Shown: positions 14,166 to 33,523 of the stretch, one piece after another
Layout of the letters: each line of letters starts with the position of its first letter
Numbering within the stretch: the stretch's first letter is position 1
DNA from: the human T2T-CHM13v2.0 reference genome, Homo sapiens
DNA: 64,000 nt
Reading direction: 5' to 3' (one strand)
NCBI RefSeq assembly: GCF_009914755.1
Contig: NC_060948.1
Program-made: the position numbers and the translations under genes
The notes under the pieces: model-generated
The model's database searches: none
The model's input: the letters and a program-made list of their open reading frames with translations, nothing else
What the model was told of the DNA's origin: nothing

Positions 14166-16270
14166 AGATCCATATTTTTTAAATGAAAAAAAATTTCAAA
14201 GGTACTCTGCTTGGTACAATAATCAAATGTATAAACTGAGGAATAAAACATAACCATGAAACCTACTTATAACTGCATATGGAAAATACAGAGGATAATT
14301 TTTTAAATAACATATTTTGAAAGCCTTAACTAGTAATTTGAAGAGTTGGCATTTGAAAGGCCAGTATGAATATACCTTCAAAGCAGCAACACAGGTTCCC
14401 CATGAGAAAAAGCAAACACAGGGAAAATAAAAACACAAAGGTTCAATCTCTTCTGACCTTTGAAAGACACAGCACAGACAGTGGTCCTTAGGACGAAGAG
14501 CAGGAGACCCCTAATTCCGTCACCATGGCGATAGGGCATAAACATTGCTGGGTGAGGGCACAATCCACATTGTGAGGTCCAACTGCTGCCAGGAAGACAG
14601 GAGTGCTTTTACATAGACCGAAAGGTCATTGAAGGCTCAGAGTTTTCTTTCAAGAACTGAATCCCAAGCCCACACGTTATTAGGCTGCGCTTCTTAAAAC
14701 AAGTTATGAGATGGGAAAAAGGGCACCCACAAACATACGTATACATTATGTGTATAATAATATACAGTATCATATATATAATATATATAACCTATGTATA
14801 ATATTGTTTTACATCCTGCATCTTATGTTATATATATTGTATAAAATATAATAATTGATAATATATAAGTTTTATAATTATACAATATGACATATAGTAT
14901 ATATTATAATTTATGACATATATAATATATGTTATATGTCATATATAGAATATATTATACGGTTAATATACGTATTAAATATAAATTATACATTATATAT
15001 ATTATATATAATATATCTGTTATATATAATACCCATTATGCATAATATATATATTATGTCTATGTTATATATAGTATAAAACAACATATAATAATATATA
15101 ATTGTATATATAAAATGCGACATATAATATATATTATATTTTATAACATATGTAATATATATTATATATTATATATAATACGTTGTATGTATAATACCAA
15201 TATTAAATATATATTATATGACTATGTTATTAATTACATGTCACATGTGTTATATATTATATATTTTACATAGAATATACCGGTTACATACAATATATAC
15301 TATGTTACCTATAATGTATAATTTATTACATGTAAAATAAACAATGCAATATATTATGTATAATATATAATATACAATATGTGGAATGTGATATATATAA
15401 CATATAATATATGATATATGATATACAGTATATGATATATAACATACAATATATGATTCCTAATATATATGGTATACAATATATATTTTATGATATGTAT
15501 TCTATATGTTTTATATTCTGTTATATATAACTATTTGAAATTATATATAACTGTATAATATTTTATGTAAATATGTAATATAATATATATAACTATATAA
15601 TATATTATATATAACTATATATTATGTTATATATACTTTTATAACATAATTTACATAAAATATCATAATATAATATATATTATATTATTTCATATTACAT
15701 AATATATATTACATATCACCCAATATAACTAACATACATAATATTATAATATAGATTATATTGTGTTATATTAAATATCATATATATCATGTATCATATA
15801 TTCTATAATATGTATTACACATTATATAATATGTATGTTGTCTATTATGTGATATATATAACTATATATATAATTATATTTTTATACATGTAACTAGATA
15901 AACATGTAATTCTACATATTTTCATTTATAATATGTATAATTATATAATCATATATAATTATTTATATTCTATAAAAAATTTTATCATTATATAAATTAT
16001 AATATATAAAAATTATAATATGTACTACAAATATATATATTATATATCATATATGATATAGTACCATTGTTATATTTCATAATACATATAAATGTGTATT
16101 ATGTTATCTATAATTATATAATTTCATATATAAGATGTATAATATGTATCATAAATTATATATGTTATGTAATATATATAGTATATATAAGATGACACAG
16201 GATAAATATTATATACTATGACATATAAAATATATGAGGTTATATGTTACATATAAGGCATAGCACATAA

Positions 16271-16585
<315 letters not shown>

Positions 16586-18688
16586 AGATCCATATTTTTT
16601 AAATGAAAAAAAATTTCAAAGGTACTCTGCTTGGTACAATAATCAAATGTATAAACTGAGGAATAAAACATAACCATGAAACCTACTTATAACTGCATAT
16701 GGAAAATACAGAGGATAATTTTTTAAATAACATATTTTGAAAGCCTTAACTAGTAATTTGAAGAGTTGGCATTTGAAAGGCCAGTATGAATATACCTTCA
16801 AAGCAGCAACACAGGTTCCCCATGAGAAAAAGCAAACACAGGGAAAATAAAAACACAAAGGTTCAATCTCTTCTGACCTTTGAAAGACACAGCACAGACA
16901 GTGGTCCTTAGGACGAAGAGCAGGAGACCCCTAATTCCGTCACCATGGCGATAGGGCATAAACATTGCTGGGTGAGGGCACAATCCACATTGTGAGGTCC
17001 AACTGCTGCCAGGAAGACAGGAGTGCTTTTACATAGACCGAAAGGTCATTGAAGGCTCAGAGTTTTCTTTCAAGAACTGAATCCCAAGCCCACACGTTAT
17101 TAGGCTGCGCTTCTTAAAACAAGTTATGAGATGGGAAAAAGGGCACCCACAAACATACGTATACATTATGTGTATAATAATATACAGTATCATATATATA
17201 ATATATATAACCTATGTATAATATTGTTTTACATCCTGCATCTTATGTTATATATATTGTATAAAATATAATAATTGATAATATATAAGTTTTATAATTA
17301 TACAATATGACATATAGTATATATTATAATTTATGACATATATAATATATGTTATATGTCATATATAGAATATATTATACGGTTAATATACGTATTAAAT
17401 ATAAATTATACATTATATATATTATATATAATATATCTGTTATATATAATACCCATTATGCATAATATATATATTATGTCTATGTTATATATAGTATAAA
17501 ACAACATATAATAATATATAATTGTATATATAAAATGCGACATATAATATATATTATATTTTATAACATATGTAATATATATTATATATTATATATAATA
17601 CGTTGTATGTATAACACCAATATTAAATATATATTATATGACTATGTTATTAATTACATGTCACATGTGTTATATATTATATATTTTACATAGAATATAC
17701 CGGTTACATACAATATATACTATGTTACCTATAATGTATAATTTATTACATGTAAAATAAACAATGCAATATATTATGTATAATATATAATATACAATAT
17801 GTGGAATGTGATATATATAACATATAATATATGATATATGATATACAGTATATGATATATAACATACAATATATGATTCCTAATATATATGGTATACAAT
17901 ATATATTTTATGATATGTATTCTATATGTTTTATATTCTGTTATATATAACTATTTGAAATTATATATAACTGTATAATATTTTATGTAAATATGTAATA
18001 TAATATATATAACTATATAATATATTATATATAACTATATATTATGTTATATATACTTTTATAACATAATTTACATAAAATATCATAATATAATATATAT
18101 TATATTATTTCATATTACATAATATATATTACATATCACCCAATATAACTAACATACATAATATTATAATATAGATTATATTGTGTTATATTAAATATCA
18201 TATATATCATGTATCATATATTCTATAATATGTATTACACATTATATAATATGTATGTTGTCTATTATGTGATATATATAACTATATATAATTATATTTT
18301 TATACATATAACTAGATAAACATGTAATTCTACATATTTTCATTTATAATATGTATAATTATATAATCATATATAATTATTTATATTCTATAAAAAATTT
18401 TATCATTATATAAATTATAATATATAAAAATTATAATATGTACTACAAATATATATATTATATATCATATATGATATAGTACCATTGTTATATTTCATAA
18501 TACATATAAATGTGTATTATGTTATCTATAATTATATAATTTCATATATAAGATGTATAATGTGTATCATAAATTATATATGTTATGTAATATATATAGT
18601 ATATATAAGATGACACAGGATAAATATTATATACTATGACATATAAAATATATGAGGTTATATGTTACATATAAGGCATAGCACATAA

Positions 18689-19003
<315 letters not shown>

Positions 19004-21131
19004 AGATCCATATTTTTTAAATGAAAAAAAATTTCAAAGGTACTCTGCTTGGTACAATAATCAAATGTATAAACTGAGGAATAAAACATAACCATGAAAC
19101 CTACTTATAACTGCATATGGAAAATACAGAGGATAATTTTTTAAATAACATATTTTGAAAGCCTTAACTAGTAATTTGAAGAGTTGGCATTTGAAAGGCC
19201 AGTATGAATATACCTTCAAAGCAGCAACACAGGTTCCCCATGAGAAAAAGCAAACACAGGGAAAATAAAAACACAAAGGTTCAATCTCTTCTGACCTTTG
19301 AAAGACACAGCACAGACAGTGGTCCTTAGGACGAAGAGCAGGAGACCCCTAATTCCGTCACCATGGCGATAGGGCATAAACATTGCTGGGTGAGGGCACA
19401 ATCCACATTGTGAGGTCCAACTGCTGCCAGGAAGACAGGAGTGCTTTTACATAGACCGAAAGGTCATTGAAGGCTCAGAGTTTTCTTTCAAGAACTGAAT
19501 CCCAAGCCCACACGTTATTAGGCTGCGCTTCTTAAAACAAGTTATGAGATGGGAAAAAGGGCACCCACAAACATACGTATACATTATGTATATAATAATA
19601 TACAGTATCATATATATAATATATATAACCTATGTATAATATTGTTTTACATCCTGCATCTTATGTTATATATATTGTATAAAATATAATAATTGATAAT
19701 ATATAAGTTTTATAATTATACAATATGACATATAGTATATATTATAATTTATGACATATATAATATATGTTATATGTCATATATAGAATATATTATACGG
19801 TTAATATACGTATTAAATATAAATTATACATTATATATATTATATATAATATATCTGTTATATATAATACCCATTATGCATAATATATATATTATGTCTA
19901 TGTTATATATAGTATAAAACAACATATAATAATATATAATTGTATATATAAAATGCGACATATAATATATATTATATTTTATAACATATGTAATATATAT
20001 TATATATTATATATAATACGTTGTATGTATAATACCTATATTAAATATATATTATATGACTATGTTATTAATTACGTGTCACATGTGTTATATATTATAT
20101 ATTTTACATAGAATATACCGGTTACATACAATATATACTATGTTACCTATAATGTATAATTTATTACATGTAAAATAAACAATGCAATATATTATGTATA
20201 ATTTATAATATACAATATGTGGAATGTGATATATATAACATATAATATATGATATATGATATACAGTATATGATATATAACATACAATATATGATTCCTA
20301 ATATATATGGTATACAATATATATTTTATGATATGTATTCTATATGTTTTATATTCTGTTATATATAACTATTTGAAATTATATATAACTGTATAATATT
20401 TTATGTAAATATGTAATATAATATATATAACTATATAATATATTATATATAACTATATATTATGTTATATATACTTTTATAACATAATTTACATAAAATA
20501 TCATAATATAATATATATTATATTATTTCATATTACATAATATATATTACATATCACCCAATATAACTAACATACATAATATTATAATATAGATTATATT
20601 GTGTTATATTAAATATCATATATATCATGTATCATATATTCTATAATATATATTACACATTATATAATATGTATGTTGTCTATTATGTGATATATATAAC
20701 TATATATATAATTATATTTTTATACATATAACTAGATAAACATGTAATTCTACATATTTTCATTTATAATATGTATAATTATATAATCATATATAATTAT
20801 TTATATTCTATAAAAAATTTTATCATTATATAAATTATAATATATAAAAATTATAATATGTACTACAAATATATATATTATATATCATATATGATATAGT
20901 ACTATTGTTATATTTCATAATACATATAAATGTGTATTATGTTATCTATAATTATATAATTTCATATATAAGATGTATAATATGTATCATAAAATATATA
21001 TGTTGTGTAATATATATAGTATATATAAGATGACACAGGATAAATATTATATACTATGACATATAAAATATATGAGGTTATATGTTACATATAAGGCATA
21101 GCACATAACATGTAATATATATCATATATAA

Positions 21132-21423
21132 TTTTTTTTTAGACAGAATCTTGTCCTGTTGCACAGGGTGGGGTACAATGGCGCCATCTTTGCTGACTGC
21201 AAATTCTGCCTCACGGGTCCAAGCGATTGTCCTCCCTCAGCCTCCCAGGTAGCTGGGACTACACCACACTGGGACTACACCAGCTGCCACCATGCCTAGC
21301 TAATTTTTTGGATTTTTAGTAGTGACAGCGTTTCACTGTATTGGCCAGGATGGTCTTGATCTCTTCACCTTGTGATCCCCTTGCCTTGGCCTCCAAATTT
21401 GCTGGGATTACAGGCCTGAGCCA
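21132..21423 (-). mobile_element. Diverged Alu, unit 9
   Basis: Near-identical copy of 1777-2068. Confidence 0.95.
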
Positions 21424-23551
21424 AGATCCATATTTTTTAAATGAAAAAAAATTTCAAAGGTACTCTGCTTGGTACAATAATCAAATGTATAAACTGAGGA
21501 ATAAAACATAACCATGAAACCTACTTATAACTGCATATGGAAAATACAGAGGATAATTTTTTAAATAACATATTTTGAAAGCCTTAACTAGTAATTTGAA
21601 GAGTTGGCATTTGAAAGGCCAGTATGAATATACCTTCAAAGCAGCAACACAGGTTCCCCATGAGAAAAAGCAAACACAGGGAAAATAAAAACACAAAGGT
21701 TCAATCTCTTCTGACCTTTGAAAGACACAGCACAGACAGTGGTCCTTAGGACGAAGAGCAGGAGACCCCTAATTCCGTCACCATGGTGATAGGGCATAAA
21801 CATTGCTGGGTGAGGGCACAATCCACATTGTGAGGTCCAACTGCTGCCAGGAAGACAGGAGTGCTTTTACATAGACCGAAAGGTCATTGAAGGCTCAGAG
21901 TTTTGTTTCAAGAACTGAATCCCAAGCCCACACGTTATTAGGCTGCGCTTCTTAAAACAAGTTATGAGATGGGAAAAAGGGCACCCACAAACATACGTAT
22001 ACATTATGTATATAATAATATACAGTATCATATATATAATATATATAACCTATGTATAATATTGTTTTACATCCTGCATCTTATGTTATATATATTGTAT
22101 AAAATATAATAATTGATAATATATAAGTTTTATAATTATACAATATGACATATAGTATATATTATAATTTATGACATATATAATATATGTTATATGTCAT
22201 ATATAGAATATATTATACGGTTAATATACGTATTAAATATAAATTATACATTATATATATTATATATAATATATCTGTTATATATAATACCCATTATGCA
22301 TAATATATATATTATGTCTATGTTATATATAGTATAAAACAACATATAATCATATATAATTGTATATATAAAATGCGACATATAATATATATTATATTTT
22401 ATAACATATGTAATATATATTATATATTATATATAATACGTTGTATGTATAATACCTATATTAAATATATATTATATGACTATGTTATTAATTACGTGTC
22501 ACATGTGTTATATATTATATATTTTACATAGAATATACCGGTTACATACAATATATACTATGTTACCTATAATGTATAATTTATTACATGTAAAATAAAC
22601 AATGCAATATATTATGTATAATTTATAATATACAATATGTGGAATGTGATATATATAACATATAATATATGATATATGATATACAGTATATGATATATAA
22701 CATACAATATATGATTCCTAATATATATGGTATACAATATATATTTTATGATATGTATTCTATATGTTTTATATTCTGTTATATATAACTATTTGAAATT
22801 ATATATAACTGTATAATATTTTATGTAAATATGTAATATAATATATATAACTATATAATATATTATATATAACTATATATTATGTTATATATACTTTTAT
22901 AACATAATTTACATAAAATATCATAATATAATATATATTATATTATTTCATATTACATAATATATATTACATATCACCCAATATAACTAACATACATAAT
23001 ATTATAATATAGATTATATTGTGTTATATTAAATATCATATATATCATGTATCATATATTCTATAATATATATTACACATTATATAATATGTATGTTGTC
23101 TATTATGTGATATATATAACTATATATATAATTATATTTTTATACATATAACTAGATAAACATGTAATTCTACATATTTTCATTTATAATATGTATAATT
23201 ATATAATCATATATAATTATTTATATTCTATAAAAAATTTTATCATTATATAAATTATAATATATAAAAATTATAATATGTACTACAAATATATATATTA
23301 TATATCATATATGATATAGTACTATTGTTATATTTCATAATACATATAAATGTGTATTATGTTATCTATAATTATATAATTTCATATATAAGATGTATAA
23401 TATGTATCATAAATTATATATGTTGTGTAATATATATAGTATATATAAGATGACACAGGATAAATATTATATACTATGACATATAAAATATATGAGGTTA
23501 TATGTTACATATAAGGCATAGCACATAACATGTAATATATATCATATATAA

Positions 23552-23843
23552 TTTTTTTTTAGACAGAATCTTGTCCTGTTGCACAGGGTGGGGTACAATG
23601 GCGCCATCTTTGCTGACTGCAAATTCTGCCTCACGGGTCCAAGCGATTGTCCTCCCTCAGCCTCCCAGGTAGCTGGGACTACACCACACTGGGACTACAC
23701 CAGCTGCCACCATGCCTAGCTAATTTTTTGGATTTTTAGTAGTGACAGCGTTTCACTGTATTGGCCAGGATGGTCTTGATCTCTTCACCTTGTGATCCCC
23801 TTGCCTTGGCCTCCAAATTTGCTGGGATTACAGGCCTGAGCCA
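23552..23843 (-). mobile_element. Diverged Alu, unit 10
   Basis: Near-identical copy of 1777-2068. Confidence 0.95.
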
Positions 23844-25971
23844 AGATCCATATTTTGTAAATGAAAAAAAATTTCAAAGGTACTCTGCTTGGTACAATAA
23901 TCAAATGTATAAACTGAGGAATAAAACATAACCATGAAACCTACTTATAACTGCATATGGAAAATACAGAGGATAATTTTTTAAATAACATATTTTGAAA
24001 GCCTTAACTAGTAATTTGAAGAGTTGGCATTTGAAAGGCCAGTATGAATATACCTTCAAAGCAGCAACACAGGTTCCCCATGAGAAAAAGCAAACACAGG
24101 GAAAATAAAAACACAAAGGTTCAATCTCTTCTGACCTTTGAAAGACACAGCACAGACAGTGGTCCTTAGGACGAAGAGCAGGAGACCCCTAATTCCGTCA
24201 CCATGGCGATAGGGCATAAACATTGCTGGGTGAGGGCACAATCCACATTGTGAGGTCCAACTGCTGCCAGGAAGACAGGAGTGCTTTTACATAGACCGAA
24301 AGGTCATTGAAGGCTCAGAGTTTTGTTTCAAGAACTGAATCCCAAGCCCACACGTTATTAGGCTGCGCTTCTTAAAACAAGTTATGAGATGGGAAAAAGG
24401 GCACCCACAAACATACGTATACATTATGTATATAATAATATACAGTATCATATATATAATATATATAACCTATGTATAATATTGTTTTACATCCTGCATC
24501 TAATGTTATATATATTGTATAAAATATAATAATTGATAATATATAAGTTTTATAATTATACAATATGACATATAGTATATATTATAATTTATGACATATA
24601 TAATATATGTTATATGTCATATATAGAATATATTATACGGTTAATATACGTATTAAATATAAATTATACATTATATATATTATATATAATATATCTGTTA
24701 TATATAATACCCATTATGCATAATATATATATTATGTCTATGTTATATATAGCATAAAACAACATATAATAATATATAATTGTATATATAAAATGCGACA
24801 TATAATATATATTATATTTTATTACATATGTAATATATATTATATATTATATATAATACGTTGTATGTATAATACCTATATTAAATATATATTATATGAC
24901 TATGTTATTAATTACATGTCACATGCGTTATATATTATATATTTTATATAGAATATACCGGTTACATACAATATATACTATGTTACCTATAATGTATAAT
25001 TTATTACATGTAAAATAAAGAATGCAATATATTATGTAAAATTTATAATATACCATATGTGGAATGTGATACATATAACATATAATATATGATATATGAT
25101 GTACAGTATATGATATATAACATACAATATATGATTCCTAATATATATGGTATACAATATATATTTTATGATATGTATTCTATATGTTTTATATTCTGTT
25201 ATATATAACTATTTGAAATTATATATAACTGTATAATATTTTATGTAAATATGTAATATAATATATATAACTATAAAATATATTATATATAACTATATAT
25301 TATGTTATATATACTTTTATAACATAATTTACATAAAATATCATAATATAATATATATTATATTATTTCATATTACATAATATATATTACATATCACCCA
25401 ATATAACTAACATACATAATATTATAATATAGATTATATTATGTTATATTAAATATCATATATATCATGTATCATATATTCTATAATATATATTACACCT
25501 TATATAATATGTATGTTGTCTATTATGTGATATATATAACTATATATATAATTATATTTTTATACATATAACTAGACAAACATGTAATTCTACATATTTT
25601 CATTTATAATATGTAGAATTATATAATCATATATAATTATTTATATTCTATAAAAAATTTTATCATTATATAAATTATAATATATAAAAATTATAATATG
25701 TACTACAAATATATATATTATATATCATATATGATATAGTACCTTTGTTATATATCATAATACATATAAATGTGTATTATGTTATCTATAATTATATAAT
25801 TTCATATATAAGATGTATAATATGTATCATATATTATATATGTTATGTAATATATATAGTATATATAAGATGACACAGGATAAATATTATATACTATGAC
25901 ATATAAAATATATGAGGTTATATGTTACATATAAGGCATAGCACATAACATGTAATATATATCATATATAA

Positions 25972-26263
25972 TTTTTTTTTAGACAGAATCTTGTCCTGTT
26001 GCACAGGGTGGGGTACAATGGCGCCATCTTTGCTCACTGCAACTTCTGCCTCATGGGTCCAAGCGATTGTCCTCCCTCAGCCTCCCAGGTAGCTGGGACT
26101 ACACCACACTGGGACTACACCAGCTGCCACCATGCCTAGCTAATTATTTGGATTTTTAGTAGTGACAGCGTTTCACTGTATTGGCCAGGATGGTCTTGAC
26201 CTCTTCACCTTCTGATCCCCTTGCCTTGGCCTCCAAATTTGCTGGGATTACAGGCCTGAGCCA
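25972..26263 (-). mobile_element. Diverged Alu, unit 11
   Basis: Near-identical copy of 1777-2068. Confidence 0.95.
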
Positions 26264-28368
26264 AGATCCATATTTTTTAAATGAAAAAAAATTTCAAAGG
26301 TACTCTGCTTGGTACAATAATCAAATGTATAAACTGAGGAATAAAACATAACCATGAAACCTACTTATAACTGCATATGGAAAATACAGAGGATAATTTT
26401 TTAAATAACATATTTTGAAAGCCTTAACTAGTAATTTGAAGAGCTGGCATTTGAAAGGCCAGTATGAATATACCTTCAAAGCAGCAACACAGGTTCCCCA
26501 TGAGAAAAAGCAAACACAGGGAAAATAAAACCACAAAGGTTCAATCTCTTCTGACCTTTGAAAGACACAGCACAGACAGTGGTCCTTAGGACGAAGAGCA
26601 GGAGACCCCTAATTCCGTCACCATGGCGATAGGGCATAAACATTGCTGGGTGAGGGCACAATCCACATTGTGAGGTCCAACTGCTGCCAGGAAGACAGGA
26701 GTGCTTTTACATAGACCGAAAGGTCATTGAAGGCTCAGAGTTTTCTTTCAAGAACTGAATCCCAAGCCCACACGTTATTAGGCTGCGCTTCTTAAAACAA
26801 GTTATGAGATGGGAAAAAGGGCACCCACAAACATACGTATACATTATGTATATAATAATATACAGTATCATATATATAATATATATAACCTATGTATAAT
26901 ATTGTTTTACATCCTGCATCTTATGTTATATATATTGTATAAAATATAATAATTGATAATATATAAGTTTTATAATTATACAATATGACATATAGTATAT
27001 ATTATAATTTATGACATATATAATATATGTTATATGTCATATATAGAATATATTATACGGTTAATATACGTATTAAATATAAATTATACATTATATATAT
27101 TATATATAATATATCTGTTATATATAATACCCATTATGCATAATATATATATTATGTCTATGTTATATATAGTATAAAACAACATATAATAATATATAAT
27201 TGTATATATAAAATGCGACATATAATATATATTATATTTTATTACATATGTAATATATATTATATATTATATATAATACGTTGTATGTATAATACCTATA
27301 TTAAATATATATTATATGACTATGTTATTAATTACATGTCACATGCGTTATATATTATATATTTTACATAGAATATACCGGTTACATACAATATATACTA
27401 TGTTACCTATAATGTATAATTTATTACATGTAAAATAAAGAATGCAATATATTATGTAAAATTTATAATATACCATATGTGGAATGTGATATATATAACA
27501 TATAATATATGATATATGATGTACAGTATATGATATATAACATACAATATATGATTCCTAATATATATGGTATACAATATATATTTTATGTTATGTATTC
27601 TATATGTTTTATATTCTGTTATATATAACTATTTGAAATTATATATAACTGTATAATATTTTATGTAAATATGTAATATAATATATATAACTATATAATA
27701 TATTATATATAACTATATATTATGTTATATATACTTTTATAACATAATTTACATAAAATATCATAATATAATATATATTATATTATTTCATATTACATAA
27801 TATATATTACATATCACCCAATATAACTAACATACATAATATTATAATATAGATTATATTATGTTATATTAAATATCATATATATCATGTATCATATATT
27901 CTATAATATATATTACACCTTATATAATATGTATGTTGTCTATTATGTGATATATATAACTATATATATAATTATATTTTTATACATATAACTAGATAAA
28001 CATGTAATTCTACATATTTCCATTTATAATATGTAGAATTATATAATCATATATAATTATTTATATTCTATAAAAAATTTTATCATTATATAAATTATAA
28101 TATATAAAAATTATAATATGTACTACAAATATATATATTATATATCATATATGATATAGTACCTTTGTTATATATCATAATACATATAAATGTGTATTAT
28201 GTTATCTATAATTATATAATTTCATATATAAGATGTATAATATGTATCATATATTATATATGTTATGTAATATATATAGTATATATAAGATGACACAGGA
28301 TAAATATTATATACTATGACATATAAAATATATGAGGTTATATGTTACATATAAGGCATAGCACATAA

Positions 28369-28683
<315 letters not shown>

Positions 28684-30811
28684 AGATCCATCTTTTTTAA
28701 ATGAAAAAAAATTTCAAAGGTACTCTGCTTGGTACAATAATCAAATGTATAAACTGAGGAATAAAACATAACCATGAAACCTACTTATAACTGCATACGG
28801 AAAATACAGAGGATAATTTTTTAAATAACATATTTTGAAAGCCTTAACTAGTAATTTGAAGAGCTGGCATTTGAAAGGCCAGTATGAATATACCTTCAAA
28901 GCAGCAACACAGGTTCCCCATGAGAAAAAGCAAACACAGGGAAAATAAAACCACAAAGGTTCAATCTCTTCTGACCTTTGAAAGACACAGCACAGACAGT
29001 GGTCCTTAGGACGAAGAGCAGGAGACCCCTAATTCCGTCACCATGGCGATAGGGCATAAACATTGCTGGGTGAGGGCACAATCCACATTGTGAGGTCCAA
29101 CTGCTGCCAGGAAGACAGGAGTGCTTTTACATAGACCGAAAGGTCATTGAAGGCTCAGAGTTTTGTTTCAAGAACTGAATCCCAAGCCCACACGTTATTA
29201 GGCTGCGCTTCTTAAAACAAGTTATGAGATGGGAAAAAGGGCACCCACAAACATACGTATACATTATGTATATAATAATATACAGTATCATATATATAAT
29301 ATATATAACCTATGTATAATATTGTTTTACATCCTGCATCTTATGTTATATATATTGTATAAAATATAATAATTGATAATATATAAGTTTTATAATTATA
29401 CAATATGACATATAGTATATATTATAATTTATGACATATATAATATATGTTATATGTCATATATAGAATATATTATACGGTTAATATACGTATTAAATAT
29501 AAATTATACATTATATATATTATATATAATATATCTGTTATATATAATACCCATTATGCATAATATATATATTATGTCTATGTTATATATAGTATAAAAC
29601 AACATATAATAATATATAATTGTATATATAAAATGCGACATATAATATATATTATATTTTATAACATATGTAATATATATTATATATTATATATAATACG
29701 TTGTATGTATAATACCTATATTAAATATATATTATATGACTATGTTATTAATTACGTGTCACATGTGTTATATATTATATATTTTACATAGAATATACCG
29801 GTTACATACAATATATACTATGTTACCTATAATGTATAATTTATTACATGTAAAATAAACAATGCAATATATTATGTATAATTTATAATATACAATATGT
29901 GGAATGTGATATATATAACATATAATATATGATATATGATATACAGTATATGATATATAACATACAATATATGATTCCTAATATATATGGTATACAATAT
30001 ATATTTTATGATATGTATTCTATATGTTTTATATTCTGTTATATATAACTATTTGAAATTATATATAACTGTATAATATTTTATGTAAATATGTAATATA
30101 ATATATATAACTATATAATATATTATATATAACTATATATTATGTTATATATACTTTTATAACATAATTTACATAAAATATCATAATATAATATATATTA
30201 TATTATTTCATATTACATAATATATATTACATATCACCCAATATAACTAACATACATAATATTATAATATAGATTATATTGTGTTATATTAAATATCATA
30301 TATATCATGTATCATATATTCTATAATATATATTACACATTATATAATATGTATGTTGTCTATTATGTGATATGTATAACTATATATATAATTATATTTT
30401 TATACATATAACTAGATAAACATGTAATTCTACATATTTTCATTTATAATATGTATAATTATATAATCATATATAATTATTTATATTCTATAAAAAATTT
30501 TATAATTATATAAATTATAATATATAAAAATTATAATATGTACTACAAATATATATATTATATATCATATATGATATAGTACTATTGTTATATTTCATAA
30601 TACATATAAATGTGTATTATGTTATCTATAATTATATAATTTCATATATAAGATGTATAATATGTATCATAAATTATATATGTTGTGTAATATATATAGT
30701 ATATATAAGATGACACAGGATAAATATTATATACTATGACATATAAAATATATGAGGTTATATGTTACATATAAGGCATAGCACATAACATGTAATATAT
30801 ATCATATATAA

Positions 30812-31103
30812 TTTTTTTTTAGACAGAATCTTGTCCTGTTGCACAGGGTGGGGTACAATGGCGCCATCTTTGCTGACTGCAAATTCTGCCTCACGGGTCC
30901 AAGCGATTGTCCTCCCTCAGCCTCCCAGGTAGCTGGGACTACACCACACTGGGACTACACCAGCTGCCACCATGCCTAGCTAATTTTTTGGATTTTTAGT
31001 AGTGACAGCGTTTCACTGTATTGGCCAGGATGGTCTTGATCTCTTCACCTTGTGATCCCCTTGCCTTGGCCTCCAAATTTGCTGGGATTACAGGCCTGAG
31101 CCA
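30812..31103 (-). mobile_element. Diverged Alu, unit 13
   Basis: Near-identical copy of 1777-2068. Confidence 0.95.
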
Positions 31104-33208
31104 AGATCCATATTTTTTAAATGAAAAAAAATTTCAAAGGTACTCTGCTTGGTACAATAATCAAATGTATAAACTGAGGAATAAAACATAACCATGAAAC
31201 CTACTTATAACTGCATATGGAAAATACAGAGGATAATTTTTTAAATAACATATTTTGAAAGCCTTAACTAGTAATTTGAAGAGTTGGCATTTGAAAGGCC
31301 AGTATGAATATACCTTCAAAGCAGCAACACAGGTTCCCCATGAGAAAAAGCAAACACAGGGAAAATAAAAACACAAAGGTTCAATCTCTTCTGACCTTTG
31401 AAAGACACAGCACAGACAGTGGTCCTTAGGACGAAGAGCAGGAGACCCCTAATTCCGTCACCATGGCGATAGGGCATAAACATTGCTGGGTGAGGGCACA
31501 ATCCACATTGTGAGGTCCAACTGCTGCCAGGAAGACAGGAGTGCTTTTACATAGACCGAAAGGTCATTGAAGGCTCAGAGTTTTCTTTCAAGAACTGAAT
31601 CCCAAGCCCACACGTTATTAGGCTGCGCTTCTTAAAACAAGTTATGAGATGGGAAAAAGGGCACCCACAAACATACGTATACATTATGTATATAATAATA
31701 TACAGTATCATATATATAATATATATAACCTATGTATAATATTGTTTTACATCCTGCATCTTATGTTATATATATTGTATAAAATATAATAATTGATAAT
31801 ATATAAGTTTTATAATTATACAATATGACATATAGTATATATTATAATTTATGACATATATAATATATGTTATATGTCATATATAGAATATATTATACGG
31901 TTAATATACGTATTAAATATAAATTATACATTATATATATTATATATAATATATCTGTTATATATAATACCCATTATGCATAATATATATATTATGTCTA
32001 TGTTATATATAGCATAAAACAACATATAATAATATATAATTGTATATATAAAATGCGACATATAATATATATTATATTTTATTACATATGTAATATATAT
32101 TATATATTATATATAATACGTTGTATGTATAATACCTATATTAAATATATATTATATGACTATGTTATTAATTACATGTCACATGCGTTATATATTATAT
32201 ATTTTATATAGAATATACCGGTTACATACAATATATACTATGTTACCTATAATGTATAATTTATTACATGTAAAATAAAGAATGCAATATATTATGTAAA
32301 ATTTATAATATACCATATGTGGAATGTGATACATATAACATATAATATATGATATATGATGTACAGTATATGATATATAACATACAATATATGATTCCTA
32401 ATATATATGGTATACAATATATATTTTATGATATGTATTCTATATGTTTTATATTCTGTTATATATAACTATTTGAAATTATATATAACTGTATAATATT
32501 TTATGTAAATATGTAATATAATATATATAACTATATAATATATTATATATAACTATATATTATGTTATATATACTTTTATAACATAATTTACATAAAATA
32601 TCATAATATAATATATATTATATTATTTCATATTACATAATATATATTACATATCACCCAATATAACTAACATACATAATATTATAATATAGATTATATT
32701 ATGTTATATTAAATATCATATATATCATGTATCATATATTCTATAATATGTATTACACCTTATATAATATGTATGTTGTCTATTATGTGATATATATAAC
32801 TATATATATAATTATATTTTTATACATGTAACTAGATAAACATGTAATTCTACATATTTCCATTTACAATATGTAGAATTATATAATCATATATAATTAT
32901 TTATATTCTATAAAAAATTTTATAATTATATAAATTATAATATATAAAAATTATAATATGTACTACAAATATATATATTATATATCATATATGATATAGT
33001 ACCATTGTTATATTTCATAATACATATAAATGTGTATTATGTTATCTATAATTATATAATTTCATATATAAGATGTATAATATGTATCATAAATTATATA
33101 TGTTATGTAATATATATAGTATATATAAGATGACACAGGATAAATATTATATACTATGACATATAAAATATATGAGGTTATATGTTACATATAAGGCATA
33201 GCACATAA

Positions 33209-33523
<315 letters not shown>
